A stretch of 64,000 bases of DNA from Gemmatimonadales bacterium (GTDB taxonomy: Bacteria; Gemmatimonadota; Gemmatimonadetes; Gemmatimonadales; Gemmatimonadaceae), in contig DATGOL010000029.1 in NCBI GenBank assembly GCA_035306065.1, forward strand, positions 5,156 through 69,155, written 5' to 3'. The first letter of the stretch is position 1; each line of letters begins with the position of its first letter. The notes beneath the pieces were generated by a model. It did not search any database and was not told the DNA's origin. It saw only the letters and a program-made list of their open reading frames with translations. The position numbers and the translations under genes were made by a program. This document shows, piece after piece, positions 1 through 8,703 of this stretch.

Positions 1-7
1 CGGACAG

Positions 8-499
8 CTACGGGTAGAGCGTCTCCGGCGGCGTCCAGCCAGCTCCGACCAGCACGGTAAGGTCGACGTAGCGTGAACTATCCGGGCGCGACTCAACGCG
101 CGCCCCGTGCATTGCGGTAGCAGCGAGCGCAGCCCACTCGGGATGCCCCGTTCTGTCCAGCACCGTGGTGCTGTCCAGCTGCTCATCTGCATTGCCAATC
201 GCCACGACATCGAAGCCGCGATCCCGCAACATGCGCGTGGCATGCCGCGCCAGCCGCGGCGTGCGCGTGGCGTTGAGAACTTCAACACGAATGCGAACTC
301 CCGGCTCCACGAGCACACCCTCCGCCATCGGGTTCGCGCCGCCGTCATCGGAACTGGCAACTCGAAACAGGACGAGGGCGATAACCACCACGCCGATTGC
401 GGCGATTGTGAACACCGCACGATGACGATACACCCAGGCTTGTGCGGGTGACCTGCGAGCCTCCTCGACCGGCTCGCCCGTTATCGGATCGAATTCCAC
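8..499 (-). CDS. LytR_C-domain membrane-anchored protein
   Basis: 163-aa ORF with one N-terminal TM helix (AVFTIAAIGVVVIALVLF). It is followed by a LytR C-terminal-like segment (VEVLNATRTPRLARHATRMLRDRGFDVVAIGNAD...TVLVGAGW). The GTG start at 499 overlaps the upstream gene's stop by 19 nt. Confidence 0.55.
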   Translation of the reverse strand: MEFDPITGEPVEEARRSPAQAWVYRHRAVFTIAAIGVVVIALVLFRVASSDDGGANPMAEGVLVEPGVRIRVEVLNATRTPRLARHATRMLRDRGFDVVAIGNADEQLDSTTVLDRTGHPEWAALAATAMHGARVESRPDSSRYVDLTVLVGAGWTPPETLYP

Positions 500-1017
500 A
501 GTTCCACCGTCTCATCGTAAAGCACCCTGCCTTCGCGAACCGTCCAGTCTATCCGGTGGCGGACCACTTCGCGGAACACGCCGTCGAAGTCCAGCGGAAC
601 CTGACGAGCGAGAAACCCGCGCTCGTCCTGCAGGAACTCCCGTCCGGGTTCCAGGTAGTCGGCCATGTAGAGTGCGCGGCCTGTGCGACTCCAGGTGGCG
701 CAACCGGTAGTGTGCCACTTGATGGCGTCCAGCAGGTTCCTGCGCGATTCACCATCCTTCTCGAGCAGCAGTGCTGCAGCGTGACCATGAAGGATCCTGG
801 CGTGGCGCGCTTCGTCTCGCGTGATGGCTCTTAGATCGGACTCGGGTGCGTCGCGAAGGGCATCGTGCCACCTTCCCGCGTCCTTCCACTCGGCAGCCTC
901 TGCGTCAGGCAGCCCGAGCTGGGTCGTCCAGCTCGCCAGGAGTTCGGTAACCCGATCGATATGCGCAAGCCGCTTGTCCGACACTTGCGACCAGGAAGGC
1001 AGCTCAGAGCGATCCAC
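481..1017 (-). CDS. HD-domain phosphohydrolase, YqeK-like (Ap4A hydrolase family)
   Basis: HD-superfamily metal ligands in YqeK order: RLAHI, GRWHDALRD, ILHGHAAAL, AIKWHTTG, ALYMADYLEPGR. The track ORF extends to a TTG at 1104, which would overlap the upstream gene by 100 nt. In-frame GTGs at 1017 and 984 are more plausible, so the start is uncertain. Confidence 0.6.
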   Translation of the reverse strand: MDRSELPSWSQVSDKRLAHIDRVTELLASWTTQLGLPDAEAAEWKDAGRWHDALRDAPESDLRAITRDEARHARILHGHAAALLLEKDGESRRNLLDAIKWHTTGCATWSRTGRALYMADYLEPGREFLQDERGFLARQVPLDFDGVFREVVRHRIDWTVREGRVLYDETVELWNSIR

Positions 1018-1843
1018 GGCGAACGTAGGGCTCAAGTACGGCGTGATTGCGGAGCGTTGCACGCGAGAGGTAGTTCCATCCCATGAGCTCCGCACCGCGC
1101 CCAACGAGTGACTCCACTATGCGCGAGTACGGGCCGATAACGCATTCGCTTCCGATTTCCGTGGCGCCCTCGAGCACGGCGCCGGGATAGATGATGGTGT
1201 CGGTACCGATGCGCACATCCACATCTATCCAAACTGACGACGGAAGAATGAACGTTACCCCGTTCTTCTCGTGCTGCCTCACGAGCCGGTCCCGCAGCTC
1301 CAGCCCGGCAACGCCCAGCGAGTGCCTGTCCGTCACTCTCAGGAGTTCGCCGGGAGAGGCAGTAGCCACCTGCATTGCACCATCGGGCATGCGCGGATCT
1401 TCTGCCGACGCCACCGCCGGCCCTTCGCCAGCCACGGCAATACCTGCGGACGGCAGGCCATCCGCCGTCAGGTGCGCCACGCCCTGCTCACCCGCACGAA
1501 GCAGGCGTTGCAGAGTTCCCGTGGTTATCAGTGGAGCGGCACCATCAACCAGAAGTGTGAGTCCCGGCCGCGTTGCCGCAGCCCTCAGCGCCACACGCTG
1601 ATCCGCCTCTCGCACGGCATGCGTTACCACGATGTCCGGCGCGTCAGGTACCACGAGCGGCGCTTCCTCACGATGAACCACGTGAATGCGCGACGGCGGT
1701 GGCGATATGGAAAGGAGCGCTCGCGTCACGTGCCAAAGAACCGGCCTGCCTGCCAGCGGGTACTGGTACACGCTCACCCGAGACCTGAACACCTCGTAGT
1801 CGTCGAGGGCAGCAACTACAGCCCGCCAGTTCGTCATGGTCAC
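1004..1843 (-). CDS. GlmU-like protein, truncated and degenerate (nucleotidyltransferase fold plus a few left-handed beta-helix turns)
   Basis: 279 aa. PLAGRPVLWHV and LLVDGAAPLITTGTLQRLL resemble the GlmU N-terminal domain. The C-terminus has hexapeptide-repeat turns (IDVDVRIGTDTIIYPGAVLEGATEIGSECVIGPYSRI). The GxGTR signature is absent and the protein ends after about 4 repeat turns. Start is GTG 1843 (GTGA overlap with the panC stop) or ATG 1837. Confidence 0.45.
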   Translation of the reverse strand: MTMTNWRAVVAALDDYEVFRSRVSVYQYPLAGRPVLWHVTRALLSISPPPSRIHVVHREEAPLVVPDAPDIVVTHAVREADQRVALRAAATRPGLTLLVDGAAPLITTGTLQRLLRAGEQGVAHLTADGLPSAGIAVAGEGPAVASAEDPRMPDGAMQVATASPGELLRVTDRHSLGVAGLELRDRLVRQHEKNGVTFILPSSVWIDVDVRIGTDTIIYPGAVLEGATEIGSECVIGPYSRIVESLVGRGAELMGWNYLSRATLRNHAVLEPYVRRGSL

Positions 1844-2685
1844 AGTACGATATTGTCGATCAGCCTGGTGCCGCCCACACGAGCGGCCACCAGTGCAATG
1901 TCGCCATCGAGAGCCCTACCCTCACGTGGCTCGAGCGTAGCAGGGTTCACCAGCGCAAGATAGTCCACCTTCACACCCGGCTCGCTCGAAAGCACCTCCT
2001 CACCGCGCGAAAGCAGGGTTTCAGTCTCCTTTTTCCCCGGCTGTGCAAACGCAGCCCGGATAGCCTGCAGCGACCTCGGAATCGCGAGCGCCATGTCACG
2101 ATCTTCCGCAGACAGGTAACTGTTCCGGCTGGAAAGTGCGAGTCCGTCTGCGTCCCGAACAGTCGGCTCGATTCTCACCTCTGTTCCCACGTCGAGGTCC
2201 TCGCACATCGCGCGTACCAGCAGCGCCTGCTGGATGTCCTTCTGTCCCAGGTGGAGCACATGCGGACGAACGACGTTGAGCAGCTTGAGCACCACGGTGA
2301 GCACACCCGAAAAGTGGCCCGGACGAACTTCGCCATCCCACCTCGTTGCGAGCGCACCGGGATTGAGCGTGATACGCTGCTCCTGCGGGTAGATCTCCTT
2401 CTCCGAAGGCAGGAACAGCACGTCTACACCTCTCCCCTCAGCCTTGCAGGAATCGCCTTCGATATCGCGTGGATAGCGAGCGAGATCCTCTGTAGGCGCA
2501 AACTGGAGGGGATTCACGAAGATGCTCATTACCACCACGTCTGCGTGCGCACGTGCTGCGTCCACGAGCGACAGATGCCCTTCGTGCAGGTAGCCCATAG
2601 TGGGAACGAACGCTATGCGGCTGCCGCTGGCGTAAGCCTCCGCCGCCGCATCACGCATTTCCCGAACGGTCGTGATGATCCGCAT
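1840..2685 (-). CDS. panC: pantoate--beta-alanine ligase
   Basis: MRIITTVREMR...IAFVPTMGYLHEGHLSLV...VMSIFVNPLQF matches the PanC HIGH-type motifs. The ATG at 2685 lies directly after the panB stop (2687). The track ORF's 32-aa N-terminal extension overlaps panB and was trimmed. Confidence 0.9.
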   Translation of the reverse strand: MRIITTVREMRDAAAEAYASGSRIAFVPTMGYLHEGHLSLVDAARAHADVVVMSIFVNPLQFAPTEDLARYPRDIEGDSCKAEGRGVDVLFLPSEKEIYPQEQRITLNPGALATRWDGEVRPGHFSGVLTVVLKLLNVVRPHVLHLGQKDIQQALLVRAMCEDLDVGTEVRIEPTVRDADGLALSSRNSYLSAEDRDMALAIPRSLQAIRAAFAQPGKKETETLLSRGEEVLSSEPGVKVDYLALVNPATLEPREGRALDGDIALVAARVGGTRLIDNIVL

Positions 2686-2686
2686 G

Positions 2687-3508
2687 TCAGAACTCGTGTT
2701 CTGATGCCGGGTACTGCCCCGCGCGTACTTCATCACCAAACGCACGAATGGCACTCCGGGCCTCGCCGCCCAGCTCCGCATAACGCTTCAGGAACCTGGG
2801 CTTGAAGCCGTCGTTGAGCCCCAGCAGGTCGTGCAGCACGAGTACCTGTCCCGAGCAACCTGGCCCGGCACCTATGCCAATGGTAGGAATGCTGAGAGCA
2901 TCGGTGATTCGAGTGGCCAGTTCCGACGGCATCAACTCCAGTACCAGCGAGAAAGCCCCCGCGTCCTGCAGACGTCGGGCATCGTCGAGCAGACGCTGTG
3001 CCGCAGCAGCCTCCCTGCCCTGGACGCGGAACCCGCCGAACGCGAGCAGGTGCTGAGGCGTGAGGCCCAGGTGTCCCATTACGGGAACTCCAACTTCGGC
3101 AAGCGCTCGAACCGCCTGCAGCACCGGTTCCGATGCTCCTTCAATCTTCACCGCCGCTGCCCCCGTCTCCTGCACCACCCGGCCACAGTTGCGCAGCGCG
3201 TCTTCCACGCTCACCTGATAGGTGAGAAATGGCATGTCCACAATGAGCATTGCGCGGCGAAGGCCTCGCCGCACACAACCCGCGTGGTAGATCATCTGGT
3301 TCAGCGTGACTGGAATGGGTGAGTCATACCCGGCAACCACGTTGCCGAGCGAATCCCCTACCAGCACCGCGTCAACTCCACCCTCATCGGAGAGACGCGC
3401 AAAGAGCGTATCGTACGTGGATACCACCACGAGCTTGTCACCACGCTCACGCGCGGCGGCAAAGTCTCTCACGGTCACTTTCTTTTCGGTAGCCGATTGG
3501 CTGCTCAT
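2687..3508 (-). CDS. panB: 3-methyl-2-oxobutanoate hydroxymethyltransferase
   Basis: 273 aa. Contains LVVVSTYD, VLVGDSLGNVV.GY.S..PVT, AAVKIEG and GHLGLTPQ, which are typical PanB motifs. Lies in a pan/fol operon context. Confidence 0.93.
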   Translation of the reverse strand: MSSQSATEKKVTVRDFAAARERGDKLVVVSTYDTLFARLSDEGGVDAVLVGDSLGNVVAGYDSPIPVTLNQMIYHAGCVRRGLRRAMLIVDMPFLTYQVSVEDALRNCGRVVQETGAAAVKIEGASEPVLQAVRALAEVGVPVMGHLGLTPQHLLAFGGFRVQGREAAAAQRLLDDARRLQDAGAFSLVLELMPSELATRITDALSIPTIGIGAGPGCSGQVLVLHDLLGLNDGFKPRFLKRYAELGGEARSAIRAFGDEVRAGQYPASEHEF

Positions 3509-3924
3509 GTCTTTCTTCCAAGAAGCGCGAGCTCACGCTGCCAGAATGGGCGATGAGCGAGTTGCGGATGAGGAACGCGAAGGCGAGGAAGGTTTACCGA
3601 CTGCCTGTCGAACAGGACGATATCTATATCCAGCGTTCGCGGGCCCCAGCGAATGGTGCGCTCCCTGCCACGAGAATTCTCGATGGACTGGAGTGCATCC
3701 AGCAATTCCAGCGGCTCCAGCGACGTTTCCAGTGCAATCATCTGGTTGAGAAACGCGGGCTGCTCCAGAACGCCAACCGGAGCCGTTTCCTCTACCGGAC
3801 TTTCCGCCAGCACACGCGACTGCGGCAGGCGGCGGATTGCGTCACGAGCGGCGGCAAGATGCTCGTGACGATCACCAAGATTGGAGCCAAGTGCAAGGTA
3901 AGCCACCTCACTGGGCGAGGTCAC
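3505..3924 (-). CDS. folK: 2-amino-4-hydroxy-6-hydroxymethyldihydropteridine diphosphokinase
   Basis: AYLALGSNLGDR...YLNQ-like FLNQMIALET...RWGPRTLDIDIVLF matches HPPK motifs. There are 4-nt overlaps with both neighbours. Confidence 0.9.
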   Translation of the reverse strand: MTSPSEVAYLALGSNLGDRHEHLAAARDAIRRLPQSRVLAESPVEETAPVGVLEQPAFLNQMIALETSLEPLELLDALQSIENSRGRERTIRWGPRTLDIDIVLFDRQSVNLPRLRVPHPQLAHRPFWQRELALLGRKT

Positions 3925-4322
3925 TCCGGCCTTGACTCGAGATGGTCGGCCCGATTTCGCACGAGCTCGACTTCAGCGCCAGCGAGAGGCCCTGGCAGCA
4001 TCACATGCGGCTTGCGAATCAGAACGTGAACCTGGCGCACTCCGGCGAGCTGGAGCGCAGCGCCGGCAATCCTGCTCGCAATCGTCTCGAGGTAATCCAG
4101 CGGTTCGTCCGCTATAACGGCGCTTACGGCGTCGTACAACTTCCGGTAATCCAGCAGGATCTCGCTGTCCACCAGAACGGTGGTGTCGATCGAAAGGGGT
4201 TGCGGCAGCTCCCGCTCGTGAGGAAGGATTCCCACACGAGCATGAAAGCGCATCTCACGCAGAGTCACCTTCACGCAATCGGACACGGGCGGAACGTAAG
4301 GTGTGCTCGTAAGGGGTGTCAA
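3921..4322 (-). CDS. folB: dihydroneopterin aldolase
   Basis: VKVTLREMRFHARVGILPHERELPQPLSIDT...DY..L is FolB-like, and the gene sits immediately upstream of folK. The track start is a TTG at 4322. In-frame GTG 4274, GTG 4268 or ATG 4253 would give a more typical length, so the start is uncertain. Confidence 0.8.
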   Translation of the reverse strand: MTPLTSTPYVPPVSDCVKVTLREMRFHARVGILPHERELPQPLSIDTTVLVDSEILLDYRKLYDAVSAVIADEPLDYLETIASRIAGAALQLAGVRQVHVLIRKPHVMLPGPLAGAEVELVRNRADHLESRPE

Positions 4323-4370
4323 ATCAGTGGGACGCGGCCGACCGTGTTGGGCGGTAGCTGGTGATCAGGA

Positions 4371-6446
4371 TCAGGCCACGCGAGTGATTCGGCGTGCCAG
4401 GTCGCCCAGGCCACCGCTCACCTGCTTCAACTCGGCGGCCGCAAGATCCAGCGCACGTAGCGCCTCGGCCTGCTCCAGAGCTGCGTTGGCAAGCTCGTCT
4501 GCACCGTTCCTGGTTCGCTCGGCAGCTTCTGCAATTCGGTGGACATCACCGCGCAGACGGTTGGACTCGAGTTCCTGCGCCCGCGCAGTCAGTGCGATGT
4601 TGCGCGCCTGGTTAACGCTCTGCTCCGCACTGGCCAGAATCCGGCCGAGTGCATCACGGGCTGCTGCGGCCAGGGATTCCACATCCTGCACCACCTCGTT
4701 GCCCCGCGCCATCTGCGCTGAAGCAGCGCGCACACGTGTTTCGAATCCGCTCAGCAGTGACCCTGCCTGCGACGCCGCCTCACGACTGCGCTCCGCCAGA
4801 CCGCGCATCTCCTCTGCTACCACAGCAAAGCCCGCACCGGCCGTTCCCACTCTCGCAGCCTCGATTGCAGCATTGAGCGACACCAGGTTCGTCTGGTCTG
4901 CCAACTCCCGAATGTCGCCGAGGAAACTCTCCACGTGCGTGAGCGCAATGGCCAGCGATTCCACCTCCGCGCTGCCTTCACCAACGTAGCTGCGCGCACC
5001 CACAATCCTCTCCAGCGCCACTCCAATCGTGGCACTGTGCTCACTGGCAATCTCCGTGGCGACAGTGCTGGCGCGCTCCGCTTCCTCACCGTCAGCATTG
5101 ACCGAACGAGATGCCTCGTACAGCGCCTGAACGGCGGCCAGGCTCGCCTCGGCGGCCTTCACCTGCTGAGCAATCTCCTGCGTCATTGCCGCAACGTTGC
5201 GCGCAACGGCTTCACCGCCCTCGCGCAGCGTGCGTGCCGAGCTGGAGAAGGTATCCACCTGCGCATCCAGGCGAGACACGGCTGCCAGCAGCGGCAGACG
5301 CAGCTCATGAATGTGCATGAGCGTAGCGAGCTGCCCCGCGAAACGACGGGTCATGGCCAGCTGCTTGCGGCCATACATGTGGCGCTTATGGTGGGCAAGC
5401 TCCAGCAGGCCGGTTGTGCGGTCGCCGAAGCGGAGCGGCATGAGCGCCATGCTCCAGGTGCGACTTGCAGGCACTGACATCCGCGGGTCGTCCGACGCAT
5501 CATCCACCACGATCGGCTCGGCGCTCATCAGCGCCTGCTCACGCAGCACCGGATCATCGTGCGCATGAATGTGGCGCACGATGAAGTCCGGATCAGTGCT
5601 GTGATGCAGCAGCACGAGGTTGTCGCCGTCCTGCCGCCACACGCGAAGCTCCGTCCACGGAAGCAGACGTCGAGCAATTGACTCCAGTTGCTCTATTCCC
5701 TCATCCAGTGCCACATCGGACACCACCACCTGCTCCATGGCATGCACGCCACTCAATTCCTCTGCCTCGATGGCCTCTTCGAGCAGCTTTCGGAAAAGCA
5801 TCCCTGCCGTGCCGAGCAGCGGAATCAGTATGAGCAGCGCAGTCCAGCCAAGCGCAGAGACGGTCGCGAGGACAAGAGCGACCGCGATTGTTCCGATACC
5901 CAGTCCGAGTACTTCGTAACGAAGGATGCGCGAGCGTTCCTCGGGCAGCAGCTTTCGCCTGACGAGGAGCGTGAAGTACTGCAGCAGGCGCCCGATCGCA
6001 AAGTGCGCGATGATGAACAACCCGATGGCAGGTAGCGCATCGGCGCTGTTGACGGATGCGACGCCCTGCCAGCTCGCGAACGCTGAAAAGAAACCGTAGG
6101 CCGAGAGCAGCGTCACGAGCTCGCGTGAGGCATTCAGCCATGCTGATATGGCGGCCTTTCGGAGGTACAGCAGGTCTACCAGGAATACGCCCGCGGCAAC
6201 CGGAATCGCCGTCGCAACCGGCCCCACGAGCAGCGCTGACGCCACTGCCAGCGCGCCCACAACATTGAGTTGCGAGAACTTGGTAAGCGGGATCTGCGCT
6301 CCTCGAAGAAGAGCGGCAAGTACTGCGATGAGCACAAACCCCCACAGCGTACTGGCGCCGATACCAAACCGCAGCAGTGCAAGCAACAGCACTACAGGTC
6401 CGGCCACCCCAACGGCGAGGGCGTGTGCCTTCAGTAGCGAGCGCAT
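4371..6446 (-). CDS. polytopic membrane protein with central GAF-like region and C-terminal methyl-accepting chemotaxis protein (MCP) signalling domain
   Basis: 691 aa. The first 220 aa or so are hydrophobic with about 6-7 predicted TM helices. A central alpha/beta region follows ([16 protein letters not shown]...[18 protein letters not shown]). The C-terminus carries the MCP hairpin-tip signature [40 protein letters not shown]. The ATG at 6446 is 6 nt after the trpA stop. Confidence 0.75.
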   Translation of the reverse strand: MRSLLKAHALAVGVAGPVVLLLALLRFGIGASTLWGFVLIAVLAALLRGAQIPLTKFSQLNVVGALAVASALLVGPVATAIPVAAGVFLVDLLYLRKAAISAWLNASRELVTLLSAYGFFSAFASWQGVASVNSADALPAIGLFIIAHFAIGRLLQYFTLLVRRKLLPEERSRILRYEVLGLGIGTIAVALVLATVSALGWTALLILIPLLGTAGMLFRKLLEEAIEAEELSGVHAMEQVVVSDVALDEGIEQLESIARRLLPWTELRVWRQDGDNLVLLHHSTDPDFIVRHIHAHDDPVLREQALMSAEPIVVDDASDDPRMSVPASRTWSMALMPLRFGDRTTGLLELAHHKRHMYGRKQLAMTRRFAGQLATLMHIHELRLPLLAAVSRLDAQVDTFSSSARTLREGGEAVARNVAAMTQEIAQQVKAAEASLAAVQALYEASRSVNADGEEAERASTVATEIASEHSATIGVALERIVGARSYVGEGSAEVESLAIALTHVESFLGDIRELADQTNLVSLNAAIEAARVGTAGAGFAVVAEEMRGLAERSREAASQAGSLLSGFETRVRAASAQMARGNEVVQDVESLAAAARDALGRILASAEQSVNQARNIALTARAQELESNRLRGDVHRIAEAAERTRNGADELANAALEQAEALRALDLAAAELKQVSGGLGDLARRITRVA

Positions 6447-6452
6447 TCGCTG

Positions 6453-7265
6453 CTACGGTTCCTGTCTGCCTGTAGGCGCGGAGTCGATACCGGCCCGGAG
6501 TTGCGCAACCAGATCCACGGCCTTCTGGACGCTCTCGCCCGCAGCCCGGACAACGGCGCTGCCCACGATAACGCCGTCTGCCATTCCAGCCACCTCGGCA
6601 GCCTGATCAGGCGTTGCGATGCCGAAGCCAACGCATATCGGCAGCGAAGTGACCGAGCGCAACCTGGCGATCGTGTCAGCCAGCTCCACCGGAAGTGATT
6701 CGCGGGTGCCTGTTACACCCAGGCGGCTGATCAGGTAAACGAAGCCGCTTCCATTGCGGCCGATTTCGGCCATGCGTTCAACCGGCGTGGTGGGTGCAAC
6801 CAGCCTCACGAACGCCAGCGGACCGGAAGACAGCCGCTCCTCCAGTTCCGAATCCGCTCCTAGCGGAAGATCCGTAACGAGAAGTCCGCTCACACCGCAT
6901 GCGGCCGCACGCTCGAGAACATCGGGGCCAGCGGAGATAATGGGATTCAGGTAGCTGAACAGGACTACCGGGATGTTCAGCGCGGCCTCGCGAATGAACT
7001 CCAGCGTATGCGACAGCGTAACACCGGCGTCCAGTGCTGACTGGGAACTCGCCTGTATTACCGGACCGTCCGCTACGGGATCGGAAAATGGAACACCGAC
7101 CTCGATGACGTCGGCCCCGGCAGCCGCAACACCTCGCATGAGTTCCACAAAGGAACCCGGCGTGGGATATCCTGCGGTAAGGTACACTACGAGAGCACGC
7201 CGACCCTCGCCAGCCATGGCTGCGAAGTGGCTCGTTATGCGATCAGACGAAGTAGTCGCCGACAC
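6453..7265 (-). CDS. trpA: tryptophan synthase alpha subunit
   Basis: EGRRALVVYLTAGYP...IEVGVPFSDPVADGPVIQ...GFVYLISRLGVTG...PICVGFGI are TrpA motifs. The GTG start at 7265 overlaps the 3' end of the upstream HD-GYP gene by 23 nt. Confidence 0.92.
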   Translation of the reverse strand: MSATTSSDRITSHFAAMAGEGRRALVVYLTAGYPTPGSFVELMRGVAAAGADVIEVGVPFSDPVADGPVIQASSQSALDAGVTLSHTLEFIREAALNIPVVLFSYLNPIISAGPDVLERAAACGVSGLLVTDLPLGADSELEERLSSGPLAFVRLVAPTTPVERMAEIGRNGSGFVYLISRLGVTGTRESLPVELADTIARLRSVTSLPICVGFGIATPDQAAEVAGMADGVIVGSAVVRAAGESVQKAVDLVAQLRAGIDSAPTGRQEP

Positions 7266-8703
7266 GGATTCCGTATTCCTGGGGATCAGTCGTTTTCACG
7301 ATGGTACGCACGTAGCCACCGTCCGCATTCCTTGCGGCCAGATCAACGAGTTCACCGGGGAACAGAAGGTTTCCGTTGGCATCGCTGACAATGCGCACCA
7401 CTGGCCTGGCAATCTCCTCCACATCCGGATTCGCTGAATGAACGAGTCCAAGCTCGAAGCTGTCGAGCACAACCAGCGTTCCCACAGGGAAGATTCCAAG
7501 CACGTTGATGAACGCCTTTACGATAACCGGATCGAGACCGCGAGACGAATTGTCACGCATCTCGCGCATCACTTCGGCAGGTGTCCATGGCGTTGACTGA
7601 TAGGAACGCTTGGAGGTTGCGGCATCAAAGCTGTCGGCCACTGCAACGATCCTGCTGAACAACGTCTGCACACGCGGACGCAGGCTGCGCGGATACCCGG
7701 AGAGATCACGCTTCATGTGATGCTCGTAGGCCACCAGCATGGAGCGATACGGCAGGTCCTGGTGTGTTCTGAGGTTGAACATCGCCAGCATGCCCAGCCA
7801 GGGGTGCGCGGCTATCAGGGCCCATTCTTCTCGCGTGAGGGCCTCGGCCTTGTTGATCAGAGCGCTGGGCAGCCGCGACTTCCCGATGTCATGCAGCACT
7901 GCGCCCATGCCCAGATCATACAGCTGAACCTTGGAGAGGCCGAGTCGCTTGCCCAGTGCCACGGAGAAGATGCATACGTTCACGCAGTGGGTGAACGTGT
8001 AGTCGTCGTAGTCCCGGAGAGTGGTGAGCCCGACGAGTGATGCCTCGTCGCCGAGCAGCTGGTCCACAATGGTTTGAACCGCGCGCTTGAGTCGTTTGGT
8101 ACCCGCAGCGCGTCCCATGCGAACAGACGTTATCACGTCGCGCGCAACGGCAACTCCGTGCGCATACGTTCGCTTGGCCTCGGCACGCGAAGACTGCTCA
8201 TCCTTCGCCTCGTTCTGTGGAGTTGCATGCAGTTCGAAGCAGGTAATGCCGGCGGCGTCGAGCTTCTCGTGAATGTCCACGACCGTGTCGCCAGGCGCGT
8301 CGTCTTCGGACCTGTCTGCCTGGAGTCCCGCAAGCAACATGAGCCATTCGCGCTGGCCCGGAGCGCCGCGAATGAGCAGCGCTCCAACGTCGTGCATGTC
8401 AAACCGTGCGATCACGTGCCCGAAGCTGGCGTAGTTGTCCAGCTCCAGCCTGAGCCGCACACCGTTCACGAACAGGTACTCGCCTGACGCCCGCAACTCG
8501 AGCTCACCTTCCCCGTGAACGAGGGTGCCCGACACCGACTCAAGTTCGGCGAGTGCCTTGACTACGGCCTGATTTTCCAGGGGGTACAGCTTGATGGCGC
8601 GCATCGCTCCGTAGATGGCGCTGATCAGCTGACGGCCGGCGCGGCGGAGGTCGGCCTCCTGCTGCGCATCCGCAACCGGAATGGGAGACATTGCGGCGCT
8701 CAT
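7243..8703 (-). CDS. HD-GYP domain protein (putative c-di-GMP phosphodiesterase) with an uncharacterised N-terminal domain
   Basis: 486 aa. The catalytic region contains HCVNV, AVLHDIGKSRLP, AHPWLG, YEHHMKRDLSGYPR and AVADSFDA, i.e. HD plus HH...GYP signatures. There is no REC domain. The ATG at 8703 shares ATGA with the upstream stop. Confidence 0.85.
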   Translation of the reverse strand: MSAAMSPIPVADAQQEADLRRAGRQLISAIYGAMRAIKLYPLENQAVVKALAELESVSGTLVHGEGELELRASGEYLFVNGVRLRLELDNYASFGHVIARFDMHDVGALLIRGAPGQREWLMLLAGLQADRSEDDAPGDTVVDIHEKLDAAGITCFELHATPQNEAKDEQSSRAEAKRTYAHGVAVARDVITSVRMGRAAGTKRLKRAVQTIVDQLLGDEASLVGLTTLRDYDDYTFTHCVNVCIFSVALGKRLGLSKVQLYDLGMGAVLHDIGKSRLPSALINKAEALTREEWALIAAHPWLGMLAMFNLRTHQDLPYRSMLVAYEHHMKRDLSGYPRSLRPRVQTLFSRIVAVADSFDAATSKRSYQSTPWTPAEVMREMRDNSSRGLDPVIVKAFINVLGIFPVGTLVVLDSFELGLVHSANPDVEEIARPVVRIVSDANGNLLFPGELVDLAARNADGGYVRTIVKTTDPQEYGIRVGDYFV

